Source: Raillietiella orientalis
Taxonomy: Eukaryota
DNA length: 64,000 bases
Assembly (NCBI GenBank): GCA_036172245.1
Contig: JAYWIR010000013.1
Location: forward strand, 3,968,001 to 4,032,000
Reading direction: 5' to 3'
Of this stretch, positions 12,490-25,189 are shown one piece after another (position 1 is the first letter of the stretch; each line of letters begins with the position of its first letter). The translations under genes were made by a program, and so were the position numbers. The notes beneath the pieces are model-generated. The model had not been told where the DNA came from and searched no databases. It worked only from the letters and a program-made list of their open reading frames with translations.

Positions 12490-15400
12490 AAACAGAAATG
12501 GGAAGCAGCGCTTCAAGAGCAGAGCATCGTTTCAGACCGACTCACGGAAAAAGAAGCAGATGCTGCCATCTTGCTTCGGATTCATGGATGTCGAGATCGA
12601 GCTGTGCGCCATACCAAATTCCAAATTTCGAATCGGAGGCGAGGAAGGAACCACATGAGGCGGACCGAGCTCACTCCTCGAATAGGACCTCCGCGCGCAC
12701 CTCTCATCTCTTCAGGCCCGCCGAGATTCGCCCCAGCCGTTGGTCGGAACGTGGGGGAGCGAGCGGAAGGTGCGCTCCCCCTTCCGATCCAAGTGGTCGG
12801 TGAGAGTCGCAGCCTAAAGAGAGAGATGCTTGCAAAGAGATGCGAGCTGCGGACGGTGAAAGCCCCCCCCCCCCCCTTGCTTTCTCTTTCGGCCTCGGGT
12901 GTTCATCAGCTACCAGCGAGACTGCTGAAAGGCATCTGATGGAAAAGTTGGGAGCGAAAGATGCTGCGTACGAGGTCCCTCTCAGGGTGCGGCTGCTGAT
13001 CTTCGGTTTGTGGAAGGCACGCCTCGTTTCTTCTCCAAAGGAGCCGCTCCTGGAAATTTCTCCTCTGGAGGGAACCCGCAAAGGAACCGCTCCCCGTTTC
13101 CCGTTCAGTTTTTACAAGGGACTCTTCCAAGTGCTTCCGAAGAGCGCTCCCTCGAGGGGACAGCGCGCTTGTTGCCCGAGGGGCTGGTCGATAACCCCCT
13201 CGGGGGTGTCAACCAGCTCCATGGGTAACGAGGTGGAGAGACTCCCCTCCAGGAGGGAGAACGGCTCCATTTCCACAACCGGAACCGGCGCTCTTCGAGC
13301 GACAGGACCAAGGTGGCCAAACTGCATCCTTTCCAGAAGGGCAACAGGAAGAGCAGGAAGACGCCCTGAACGCCCTTGAAGAAACCGCCCTTCTCCGATG
13401 CTGACAATAATCAGCGCCACTCACTCATCATCACAGGAAAAAGAATCCATGAAGGTCACTCGATGATTACCGCCAACCCTCCGATTCCCAAACACCCGGA
13501 TCCCAAAAGGGAAAAAAAAAGAAAACAAAACAAAACTCATCTGTGCGTGGCTGGGCTGGTGAGGGAGAGAACGATCCTCGATGAACGCCACCCAGCTTTA
13601 AGGAGGACCTTGCGAGATGGGTCCCATGGCGAATGCACCGTGGAAAAAGGAAAGGAAAAAAAAAAAAAAAAGAAGCACGGGAGAAGGCAACAGGAGCGAA
13701 GACGCCGAAAGAACAAAGTTTCGGGAACAATGCAGTTCTCACAGTTCTGGATGTCCGTTAATCAGGCTAATGTCGGAAACATTCCCATGGGATGGTATGA
13801 GCGAAAGGGGAGCAGATGGTCTCGCACGTCCACGGGCCCTGCAGGCGGAACTAATGAGGAAGAGGATGGGACCTGATCACTCGCTGCCCCCTTTCCAGAC
13901 GGCGGCGGCGGACTGCAGCTCAAAGATGAGCCCACGCGCTGAGCGCCGGACCGTCGTGGGCCGCATTTTTCTTTGAATTCCGCGGGAAATCATATCAAAC
14001 GGTGATGCAATCGCAGCATCCGTTCCTCCTCCCCTCCCTCGAAGTATTTTCCTAGGTCATTAATTTGAGCAACACTCGGAGTATTCGTTTCCCACGACTC
14101 AGTGTACATAGTAGCAGGTGCTACAAGAAGGAGAGGTAATTATTTTAATGGTAAACGAGGTTCCCAGTGTGATATACCGGCAGTCAATACGAACGCTTTA
14201 TTATTCCTGCTAATTGCTCTCATGCCAGCAGATTAGCGTGAGAATGCGAAGGAGGGGGGAGCTGCCGGTGTCCAGTTGGCCACCACACCAGCAGGCTTTC
14301 TCTCTCTTCTTTTTTTCTTTTTTTTGGCCGGCACGGTGAATTCGAGTGCGTAAGGGAAATTTCGTGTTTTCCATTAATCAGCATCCCCACGGAGCATGCC
14401 GATCAAATGATGGCCACGCTTGCTTCATCATCATGAGCGATGAGCGATGAGACTTGCCGCTGCTGGACTCTTCCGCGGCGCCGTTGACATTTCGCTCCGG
14501 AGCACCCTCGGAGAGGGAGAGAGCCCAGGAGATGAATGCTCTTCACGCTTAGATACTTGGCTGCACTAGAAGGAACCCATGAAATTCACGGGGAGGGAAG
14601 TCGCAGGAGGTGTACTTCTTCCACCCTTCAAGGAATCGAAATGTCAATCCCCACAGTTAGGGAGCGCAACACAGATCGATCGCCCTTTCTCCGCATAAAC
14701 TTCACGTATGGTAAACCCCGACGATGGCGCCAGCGGTACTGCCAAACCATGGACCTCTCGTAAGAGAACGGGTGGCGCATCTTTCCGGGTATGAAATTCC
14801 CGAGGCGAAAATGCCTCGCGCCTTTCGGCGAATGCAGCAGCGCTGCTACGTTTCGAAAAGCAGGAGCCACCGAGGATGCGGTCAGTGGGTCCAAGAAGAA
14901 AGCGGGGAGGGGCGACGCTGGACCAAGAGGACGCGGTTTCGGCGGCCGAACGGAAAGCGGCAGTGCGCAGATTCTCGAATCCAGTTGGAGGACAAGCTCG
15001 TTGGAGGCTGGTAATCTCATCTCCCGTCAGTGGACCGTCCAGGTGTGCTCACGGAGGAATCGGGAAGCTTCCGGTTCACGGGAGCACCGAGTTTGGTTCG
15101 CGTGGTTTCAACAGGCGGTGCACGGAAGGTGCCCTCTGTGCACCGCCTTTCGTACTAAGGGAGCACCATTCCTTCAGGGCCGTCTCGAACTGGACGTCGA
15201 AACGAACCTTCCTCCTCCTCCTCCTCCGAAATCCTTGATTTTTTGCCTTCGGTCGTGTTCAGTGAGCCAAGAAAGCGATGGTGCAGGGGAGCGGAGGGAC
15301 TGTGGTTTGCATCCTCTGACAAGTAAGGGTGGTCTTGCGATGCTCCGAGAGTGGTCTCCATGTTGTCGTTTCTGAGGAAGGAATGCCAGCTGACCTTTGG

Positions 15401-17280
15401 CCTCTTGTTCCTTCTGAGGCTCGAAAAGGGCTCCAAGCGACTCCATAAACTCCTGCGCCGTCTGCAGGATGAATCGTGTGCATTTCATGCTGCATCACGT
15501 GGTACTGGGAAAAGGAGCGCCAGAAAAAGAACTGCGAGCAGCTCCGAGTAAGCGCCCTGTCGGGTCCGGAGTCCAGCAGCGACTGGTCTCCAATGGGAAG
15601 ATCAATCCCATGCTCGCATTTACTCTTCAAAATCCCGAAATAACCCGCAAACAGTCCTGCTGAGCGTGCCCTCCCTTTGCTTTCGAGCTGCCCACCTTGG
15701 CGTGTGCTTGAAAGTCCAACTCTCCTCATCAGGGCAGAGACGTCAGTGGAGACTTCCACGGCCCAGCTTTCTTGCGATTGTTTTTCAAAAAGAATTCGTC
15801 CAGATTAATGAACATAGGGAGCGCGACAGGAAAGGCAGGCAGCCAGAGTTCTCCCAACAGGGTCCCTCCTCCCCCGCTTTCCCCTCCTCGCCGGTTTTTT
15901 CAGCTCCCTGATATCCTGAATTGATGATTTCGAGTCTCAACATCACTTAGCTCAGCTCTCCCTTCCTGTATTTACACGTTTTCGAGCCCGCATCGTTTTT
16001 CATCTTCTTCAGCTGATGGTTCTTAGAATCTTGATTGCCTAGCCGGATTTCGCCCCAGGCCTTCTGTGTACACGCTTTCTGCAGCGCGTTCTTTTTCAAT
16101 AGATCTGTGGACTGGACCGCTGATGCCGCCCTTCTCCTTGGTTCTTCGGCTACAAAGCACGTAGGAAGCTCCATATAAGGCAGGAAGGAAGCGATGCATC
16201 ATCTCTCACAGAGAAGGCTCCTCTTTGATCCTCTATTGGGTTTCTGGCTCTCTGACCTGTGAGATGACTCTCCGACCGTGGCTTGGCACCAACCAGCTCT
16301 TTCTCTGCAGCATGGTGCTCTCTCTGAGGAGCTTCAGCAGCGCTGCCGCCTTTCGTCCCGATTGGCTTCCGCCGGCACCCCTGCCTTTATCCGAAGACGC
16401 AGAACCGAAGAACGCTATCCAAGAAAGGACATGGAAAGCGTGGAACATCGGTGAGAAACAGCGGATCTCTGGACGTCGTTTTTCTTCTCCTTTTTTTCTC
16501 CTTCCGAGACTCACAAGGTCAAGGAGACGCGCTGGGATTCGAAGTCACGCGACTGTGCAGCCGGCGAGACGGCCAAAAGGCAACCCTCCGCCAAGATCGA
16601 GAATTGTATCAGCTCGTCACCGGAAGCGATGCAAGTGCGTATGCATCCCGCGTGAGCATCTGTGCGCGTTTTCCTCTCAGGGTGGATGAAAAGTCTCGGT
16701 CCTTCGTTAACCTCAATCCTGAAAACCGCGAGGCTACTGCTGATCAAGACGAGGAGGCTCGTGCTTCCGATGTTCTTGCAGCTGGGGATGTTCTGGATGG
16801 GACGCGGGAACTGGCACCAGTTGCCGCGAAAGCTGGATCGCCGCTGGCGCAAGGAGTGTGTCAGGTCACGACAGCGTTCGTTTTGATTGCGCACATGCTC
16901 TTACCACTGTGTTTGCATCTCCCGAACGCGCATCAGCGGGATGCCCCGAGGAAACTGCGTTGGCTAAATGATGACGTCGAAGTACCCGATCCGTGTCTCG
17001 ATCCTTTCGAAGCGAAGCTGCCCGTGAGAAAATCCGGGATTCCAGCGAGCTGCACCAAACCGCCAAATGAAAGGTCGTAGCAATGCATGATTTGGAGGCC
17101 GGTGCTGGAGGAGTCCCTCCAGGCTGTGCTTTTATATTAAAAGTGGGAGCAGCGAAGGCTCATTTGGATGCCTTCGTAGGTGCTCATACAAGCGGATTGG
17201 CAGAGTTTTCGAAGAAGCTTGTCAGTGAGAGCAAGCTCGGGGCTCAAGATGCTGCAGGGGCTGGCTGCTGCTGCTTGAAC
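12490..17280 (+). pseudogene. TXNRD-like: High-Mr (animal-type) thioredoxin reductase pseudogene, possibly thioredoxin-glutathione reductase with N-terminal glutaredoxin domain
   Basis: Strong C-terminal half: AAGDVLDGTRELAPVAAKAGSPLAQ (16778-16852; cf. AIGDVLxGKPELTPVAIxAGxLLAxR), TTVFASPERASAGCPEE (cf. PTTVFTPLEYGxxGLSEE), DDVEV..PFE, KVVAMH..GAGGVPPGCA..LKVGAAKAHLDAFVGAH, ending AGAGCCC (cf. AGCUG). Weaker N-terminal pieces: HSLIITG (~13418), GGPC..ECTVEK (13602-13648; cf. GGTCVNVGCIPKK), FPWDGM, SRGFNRRCTE (~15098). A tentative Grx-like stretch lies at 12490-12770. Frameshifts and stops throughout; possible intron 16452 GT..AG 16680. Confidence 0.85.
12930..13400 (+). mobile_element. CR1/L2-like LINE RT fragment within the reductase pseudogene region
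   Basis: 13041-13290 aligns with the reverse complement of ~7510-7720 (ISPLEGTRKGTAPRF vs SSSGETRKGTVLGL). Confidence 0.65.
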
Positions 17281-17388
17281 AGGAAACAGCATGGACCAAA
17301 CCGTTACCCGCTGGCTCACAAGAAAGCCTACTCTAAAGTTCATAGCAGCATAGAAGCGCATGCCAACATCCTACGAGTGCAGCCAAAT

Positions 17389-17428
17389 ATGAGGAAGGCA
17401 GCTAGAAGAGCGCATTTTGTCTTCCGAG
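17389..17428 (+). other. Relic eukaryotic SECIS-like stem-loop
   Basis: AUGA-G, then helix GAAGGCAG paired with UUGUCUUC (8 bp incl. 2 G-U), AGAA 11 nt after AUGA, closing CGAG. Located ~115 nt downstream of the reductase GCxx C-terminus. Confidence 0.55.
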
Positions 17429-17649
17429 TGAAGTAACCTATAAAATGTGGGGCACGCACGCGCAAAGGAAATCTTGGTTTCGGATGGAACTTTTTGCAGC
17501 TTATGGCTCCTTGCCAAAACTCCATGAATGTTCTCAACCATTAATAGAAGAAATGAATGAAAAAGTGTTAGTAGTTTTTTTTTTTTTTTTGCGTGTGTTT
17601 TTTCCTTTTTCAAAGCCTGCAGCGTTCTCATTTCTGAGTGAACTTCCTG

Positions 17650-20050
17650 TCGCCAGGAAACTGGCATCATCCGCCATGTCATTCATGCCTCGACCTGTGT
17701 GGTACTCCATTCGTCCGTCACATGTTTGGGTTTACAAAGAGGCCCTCTGAGTGCTGGCTGCGAATCACCAAACCGGTCGGGCGAACCAAACCATCTTTCC
17801 CGTCCAACTACTCACTCGGAATGCCAGCAACAGTTGCTCGGAATTTTCTATTCAATCAACGAGGGCGCTTGGATTTGCTGGCCTCTGGTCAAATTGTCGT
17901 GGAGATTGACAGCACGCGCTCCGCGATCCCGTCAGGTGTTGAAAATGCGGTCGCCGCGCTGTTCATTTCCCCTCACAAATGTGATTTTCCTCCTGGCGTC
18001 CATCCGACCCACTCGATTAGGTGTCCGGTCATCCATCAAGCCATCAGAAAAAGCGGAAGAAGTGGAATCTGGAGATCGCAGGTGATACCCGGCCAGCTCT
18101 CTTGGCACCAGCCTCAGAGCAGAGGTGGCATTTTTTTTTCACACTTCGAATCCCTCGGACCAGGGTAGCTGCCAGATGCGACCTCCCGAAAGACGAAGGC
18201 AACGAAACGATCGCTTCGTGTTTGCTACCTGAGAGAAATTTCTCTCCGTGATTCACCAAGAGTGATGCTCCCCGAGATACGATAACATCTCCGCAGACTA
18301 AAAGGCAGTCCTTTTAGTTTCCTGCGTGATCCTCCACTCGAGAAGGCCTAGCTGTTTCGAGGCAGCGACTTTTGCGCTGGAGGAAGAATTCCTGCAATCC
18401 CTTCCCTCGCATTTTTTCTCTTCTCGCCGTGAGGGACATGGAACCAGAGATCTTCGCGACATGCAGGATGGCTGGACTGTGCGCCAGAACTGTGGTCCTT
18501 GTTTAGGATCCCTCATCGCAAGAATCGCGCGGTTTAATGAGCGATGCTTCATTGCAATTGTGTTCGCGGGGCTTTTCAGCAGCGCTCAAAGTAACGTCAG
18601 TTGCTCGAATGAACCGATGCTCCGTCGATGTCCCATTGAATGCTTCCGTGGTTTCCTCTCGGTCATCTCTCCTGAGACGAGGTGCAGTTTCAAGCACACA
18701 AACTTGATCCAAAGATTCGACTTTATGAATGTGGCGGGAATGAAAGGTTCCTCTAAATCGGGATGCATTCTGGGACGCAGAGTAGGAACGAGGAAGGGGT
18801 TTCGCCTCGATTTCGCTGGTGCCCTTTCGGGCCGACGGATGGAACCGGTCTGCCCCGTGTGCTAGTCCCTGCTGCAGAGCGATGGAGACCGGAGACTGAT
18901 ACACTGCTCGGATCTGGCTTGCTGGAAATTTGAAATGCTGAGGGAGCGCCACGGGTCAGGTGGGCTCTTGAATGGCACCTGAATCCTAAGCTGTCATGGA
19001 TGCTGCGAACGGCGAATCGTTCGTGCACCAGAGTTTCACTCCAGCCACGCTGAGGAGTAAGGTTGCCATGTTGCCATGGAAGCGGGATCATGCGCTTGCG
19101 TGTTCACCCTCTCATCGAGACGTATATTTGTGAACTTGCATCTAACCTCATCGGATCTTCTCTTGGAAGCTGGGTGTTCGGGGTCCCTGTACTGCCTTTT
19201 TTCCCAAAATAATCAAAGAAAAATGATTTCTCGAGACATTTCCTCACGTTCTCTTCTCGGCAAGCTCTGGTACTTCTACTCATTGGGTTTGGCGGCACTC
19301 CGTGTTCTGCTGGAGAAGCAGCAACACTCCATTTCCTGCACTGCTGCCGAAATGATCTTGCCACTCATCCCTAAAACAGCTTTGTTTGTCTTCAGGCCCT
19401 GATTTCCGCGTGACCCGGGTTCAAGTGGAGGAGTCTGGTATCGCGAAGATCTCACATTTGTGTCTTTTGTTGCGTGGACCATTCTTCAGGAGTCAGATAC
19501 AGTTGCTCTTTTGACTTGGAGAGATTTATTCGGAAAAAGAGGAGGCTTGCCTCGTTCCCCTCGAACTCTCAGTATGAACCGGTGCTTGACTAGAGCCCGA
19601 GAGCATTCTTTGTAATTTCAAGATGTTTCTGTAATAACAACCTGACGCTCACAAGAATTTATCGTATGCACGACAGCCGAAACCGACCTTTAGGAAGCAC
19701 AGATTTATAATGAGAAATGGCCGTTTGCCAGTCTGCTTTCTCGTCTCCGTCCCTCTTCATCCCAACACGAAACTCGTCACCTGCCATCAGGAGAGTTTGT
19801 TTACCAAGTCCGATCGATGAAATCTCCATTTCGTGTCCTTCAGATCCCGATGATCCATATTGAAAGGATCACTGGGAACCATGCCGGGTTGGTCACAAAG
19901 GCCCTTCTTCCGTTCCCAATTTCGCAACTCGGGAATGACGTGTGCTAAACGGAAGGACCGACTCTCTGCCTCGAAGTTGCTGCTTTTTTCCTCCTCCATA
20001 GAGAATCGAAGTCATGGCGACTGATTCGAAAGGCGAGGGGGAAAGTCCGC
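17650..20050 (-). mobile_element. Degenerate Tx1/L1-like LINE ORF2
   Basis: SRSTRACREENVRKCLEKSFFFD (cf. IRSRARWVEEGEK.TKFFF), HPDLEEPFIPATFIKSNL (cf. IHPDQ.GFIPGR.I.DNL) and LDGKDGLV (cf. EEGGLGL), in expected order. Confidence 0.55.
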
Positions 20051-21070
20051 TACGTGGAAAGAACGGAGGGAAGTCTCCTCGACAGATTCTCCCTGTGATC
20101 GAGAGAGGCTCCTGGAACACTCCCAGCAAGCAGAAGTGGGGCATGCACCTTTGGGTTGCGCCGCACGACGCCGCTTCCCGCGTTCCTTGTTCTCTCTCCT
20201 CCGCTATAATTCTTTATATTCGTTCCCATTTGGAATCGGATCCCATCTATGCTGCCTCTCCGAAAGACTTGTTTTCTCCGAGCTCCAGCCAGCAAGGATG
20301 CAGAGCACGCCCTTAAGTGATGAAAGCTTTATGACGACTTGCTCCTGGAGCTAGCAGAGAGACGGATATCGTCGCCGGCTGCAAATGGGCCAAGGAGCTC
20401 CCACAATGCCACTTTTTCCTGGGGTTCATTGATGAACTTCCATGGAGCATCTTCTGGGGTTCGAGGCGATCCGACAAATGAGCGTCGGTCTCTGAGAATG
20501 GCAACGCGAGTGACGGTGAGAGAATCGCAAAAATGAGAATGCAGACCGGTCCGCGTTGGTTTGGGAGGCAAGGAGCATTTCTTCCAGCCAGCCCCAAGGG
20601 GTCATTGAAGTCTTTCCTACTCGTATCCTTCGTTGCTTACTCTTGAGAGTGGGGTTAGGGATCGCAACGAGGAGTCTTGGTCAAAACCAGATGAATGAAT
20701 GCAGACCTCTCTTTTCCTTAAAAAGAGTGGCAGCCCAAGACCCATTATCCCGAGACCAGCCTTAGCATCTGCTTACAGATGCACTTCCTCTTCTTATGCC
20801 ACCTTTACTAATGACGTCTATGGGAATGGGTATGCCCCAAGCAGGGCTTCTGCAATGCCCCCTATCATGGCAATGCCACCATCTGCAATGCCAGTATATG
20901 CTCGGCAAACTCGCCTTTCTCCAGAACAACCACGTCCTTCATCTGCTGCTCCATTTAGACCAGCGATACTCAACCTTTCTTCTTCTCGGGCCACATACAT
21001 AAGCTTGCAAGATTATGCGCGGGCTGTATACAGTAGGTTATGTATTATAACATAATCATGTAAAGGATTT

Positions 21071-21205
21071 TTGCAAATTAATACCTTTCAATTCATTCCA
21101 CAAATTTCAACACAATATAAGCTTTTTTACATTCATACATTCTATGTAAAAAAATCTTTAGAATATGTATGTGAAAGAATGCTTTTTTTTAATTGTGGCG
21201 AGTTC
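21071..21205. other. AT-rich imperfect palindrome with G-poor left half and C-poor right half
   Basis: 21071-21145 has 2 G vs 16 C. AAGC..TTCATACATTCTA pairs imperfectly with TAGAATATGTATGTGAA..GCTT. Centre AAAAATCTTTAGA at 21150-21162. Confidence 0.75.
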
Positions 21206-22149
21206 AGGGCAGAGTGTATTCTTTCCGCGTACCACAATGCAAATTGCAAGAAACGAAACTGTACGCACCCACGACAACCCGCGAGAGGCGCTGTGCGCGT
21301 GGGTGCTGACCGCTCACGGAATTTGCCTTCTGTAAAAACCACCGCCTGACTGTGAGAAGTTTAAACAAAAAAATACTTAATGGCTGTGGATGGTATGGCA
21401 GCTTGGCGGGCCGCATGCGGCCCTCGGGATGGGCCCGAGATTGAGTATCGCTGATTTGGACCATCACCTTCATCACAACCGTCGTCCTTCACCATCTTTG
21501 CCTCCTACTCCTGCTGCTTCAGATGAGCAAGCACTTCTCGCAGTCTCTTTCAGGAACAGCAAACCAACATGCAGGTGTACCCTAAACCGCCACCACCATC
21601 AGGGATACGAATAGAAAGGGAAAAAATTGTTAGAAGATGGATCGAAGCAGTACGCGAGAAGGGAGGAGGCGATGACCATTCCGATGTGCTCGCCCAGTGC
21701 CACCACCTCCAGGTGTGTTGTGCTTGAAGGCAACATCCCAAAATGATACGGTGACTTATACGCAGACTAGCAGGGTGTTCCAGAACCAGAGTGGGGTGTG
21801 GCTGTGTCTTCCGGTGCCAGTGGCAACGCTCCCGCACGAATCAAAGGATACACTGCCCGTAGGATTGCCCCTGCACGAAATACAGGAATGTCAGAAGAGG
21901 TTCGGCGTCTCTGTCAATGCCCTCTCCCCTACTTTCGATCCAAAGGAAGGAAGGCATTCGCATCAAGATCAGTAGCGAGTCCCACCCGGCCGTTCCTCGA
22001 ACTGCTCTATTTTTCGCCCATTCCGGGAGTGCAAGACCGACTTCAGCGAATTATCCTCAACGGCCTGAGGGCACAGTAAACACACAGCAGAGGCTTGCAG
22101 CCAATCCTCCCACGTTTCTTGCGCCACCGACGGCCGCAGCGTTACGAAA

Positions 22150-22990
22150 TTGGGAACAAAGACCAACGGTTTGCACAAGTCCTGCTTCCCATCTCTCGGT
22201 GCTGGACGGACCGACGATGCCTTCGTGTCCAATCCACGGCCCTCTAAACAGTCACGGCGGCGGCGGTTTCTCCAGGTTTTCCTGCTGCTCCACAACCCCT
22301 GTGCAGCAGCATCTGAGCTCCAAACGCCGAGGCGGGTTTTCAAGAAGTCGGGGCTTCTTGCATCGGTCTTTACCGACGCGTTTCCGTTTCACGGAAACAC
22401 CAACTTTTAAGGACGAGGATAATTTCCTCCAAGGCTGAAGTGGGCGTTCTGCCGAGCGCAGTGCGCAGCCTTCCGCCACAGTGTCCATAAGGCACTCGAG
22501 TGCTGCAGATTACTTTCCGGAAGTTCGAAATCATTAAAGTTTTCCAGCTTTTCCACCTCTTTTGTAGTCGAGCGTTCCATCATCCCTTTTTATTGCCTTT
22601 ATTCAGGATGCGACTTGCAACATTGCAATAAAATGGCACAGAGGACAATCCCAATAGGCAAACAGACATGAAGTCTGCATCCATGCTGGCCATATGGCCT
22701 GCGAGTTAGGTTGGAATTGATGGCTGCCGCCGTTTTTTTTCCCTTTCTTCCCTCCCGTAGGCACTTATCGAAGCTGTGGAGGAATCTTTGCGGGATCTCT
22801 CGCTAGGCAACGCCATTTCCGTACGCCCAGGAAGTCCTCCCGCAGCATTGCAGAGCGCGAGATCTTCTGCATCGGCGGAATGTCCGCGCTGTCGAAATTC
22901 CAACGCAGAATGCGCCGCAAGGATGCGATTCGAATGCTTCGAAAGCGTACAGACTGCGGGTGTCGATGGCAACACGACGGTTCGAAGCTC
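22150..22990 (-). mobile_element. RTE-clade LINE 3' fragment
   Basis: IASLRRILRWNFD (cf. RCLRRILxIxW), followed by KRKRVGKDR and QQENLEK (cf. GKR..GRPKKRWKD / ENWE). Confidence 0.5.
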
Positions 22991-23279
22991 AGTTCGAGAT
23001 GAGCATGAAAGCTACATGCTCCTGGAAAACGGGGATGCGAATGCACTTTGATCTTGCTGCATCTCGTGCCTTTTTTCCCCTTGCATCGGAAGGGGCCAAC
23101 GATGAGCGCACACACAGATTCCGGAAATGCTTTTCTCCTCGAATCAGCTCGATGGAGCTGCCGACGTGCGTGAGAGAGGTGGGATCGATCTTCAGTTACT
23201 TTATTTATTTCTTTTATCAGCATTCTGAAACCTTTTCCCGCTTCCCATTCGCTATCTCCGTTCAGCTTTAGGGACCTCG

Positions 23280-25170
23280 AAAGTCGCTGAGCCGTTTGGC
23301 CACAGTTGGGCATCTCGAAAACGTTTTGGCTTGCCGAGAAAAAATTCCTCCAGACGGATGCTACAGAGGAGGGTGCACTTGGGGAAACTCAGCCATCCGC
23401 AACATCTCCTGCTGGAGTCCGTCGCCGAAACCCGGAAAGCCGCCACGGGGGATCCCGTTCGCACGGACAGATATTTCCAGAACAGCCGGAGCCTACGGAC
23501 TTCCTGGGCGGAAGCACCCGAAGAAGAGGTCGAGGTGAGGGATCTCTCAGCGCGAAGAGCGCCGGAAGTTCTCTCCCAGACGGGACTGTCCATGTTTGAA
23601 AAAGCTGGAGCTCGACCCAGGAAGTAGGGAGGTATCATCTTCACAGGCGTCCAGATCCACACCAGAAGTGACGCCGAACAACAGAATCGAACTGCGGGAA
23701 ACCCATAATAGGAACGATGGGCCCACGAAACATATTTACAAGAGAATGCTTTGAAGGCAGTGGGAAGGTAATAATTCGGCGTTGAAGACTTGGGGGCAGC
23801 TGCGTGTTTTGCTTTGCTTTTTCTTCCTCCTCCTTTTCCAAGTCTCGCACTTCATAAATTATTGTAGACATCTTCAGGCTACTGAACCATAAACGCCCCA
23901 TTCAGCGGATTCTGACGAGCAGGATAAAGAATGTGAACATCCACGCTGCTGCTCCGCAGCATCCCACACACTAAGAGAATACCCGTGACGCGCGGCTACT
24001 GAGGCTCTTCAGAGTTACGAAAGAATTCTCTCCTTTGTGGTGAATACGGAGGCCCGTTCTGAAGACACTGACCAGCATGCCAACGTATAAAATGGAAAAA
24101 GATTGCCAGCTAGGGGGCGTTCCCACTGGGGTGCAAGACACCGTCCTCATGTTCACCTCGCACGGTGAGCTGGGGTTCCGGAATGGCCACAGATTGGCAA
24201 AGATAGTGACACAGACGGAAGGGTGGCGCTCTAGCTGGACGGGCCAATTTCTCTCGGCCACTGGAAGGGAGCATCCGCTTGTTGGGTGATGTTCTCGTCT
24301 ATACCTGGAGCTCGCTGGGATGTCTGCGTCTCCTCAAAAGCTCTTTCGCCGTCAGCCGCTTCGATGAATTCTAGGAACTGGCCGGCCGATCCTCTCTTCG
24401 AATTCGCCCGTGGCAATTTACGGAACTTGTTCTTCCCAGGCCCATCTCATTCCCATAAGTGCGCACAGTCCACGCCGGCGCTGCTTCACAACTGAGAGCC
24501 TCGGCGGCTCAAACGAATCGAAATCAGTGATTTTCCTCTGCGCTTCTTTCAGTGGAAACGGAGATCGGTTTGCTTGCGGAGATGTTGAAGCGGTCCTCTG
24601 CTCCTGCTTCACTATGAAGTTGTCGAGGGCAGCCGTTTTGGGGACACTTCCCCGTAGCCTCGCGTGTTTCTCATTCTCATCCATGCTGCACCCACGAAGC
24701 CTGCAGCTGAGATCGCGGTTCATACCGTGGCACACCCGAGCTCCCAACTGCCCATTTAGCTTTTGTTCCGTTATGAATTGCATTTGACTGGGGATGGCTG
24801 TGTGTGTGCGTTTGTCTTGGAAAACAGACCACTGGAACTGCGCTCTTTCATCTCATAAGTTGCTCGCTGGATGGAGCGTGAATCACCACGTTCTCTGTTC
24901 TCGCGAATCCTCACGAACTCGAGTTCTCATCTGCTTAAAATGCTCTTTGCTCTCATTCTATTCGTCATCTCCTGAGAGCTGTTTAATTACGGGAATCTTG
25001 GGCTTCCATCAGCTCCAGCTCCGCTCTCAAGCAACTTCCCTTCCTGCTGATTCCCTGAAAAATCATTTCTTCCAGTTCAAAGAAAAATTTCAGCTTTCGG
25101 CGGAGAAATCCTCTATGAAGGGCCCAACTGTTGCTTCGAAGCTGGCAGTCTTGAACTCCTGGAAATCGCT
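23280..25170 (-). mobile_element. Degenerate RTE (BovB-like) LINE ORF2
   Basis: ESKEHFKQMRTRVREDSRE, GSAGQFLEFIEA (cf. GCPEKF..II), GLRIHHKGENSFVTLKSLSSR (cf. G.YIRYRTDG.LFNLRRLQAK), APAFSNMDSPVWERT (cf. ASAAFGRL...VWER), GKPKRFRD. Confidence 0.65.
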
Positions 25171-25189
25171 ATCCAACCCACGCTGACGG

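Noticed and set aside
12490..17280. Cryptogene restored by RNA editing or an alternative genetic code
   Set aside because: Repair would need G>A and C>U changes plus many indels. Transposons show the same erosion, and all three stop codons interrupt frames, so decay is more parsimonious.
20651..20660. TTAGGG telomeric motif
   Set aside because: Single unit, expected by chance.
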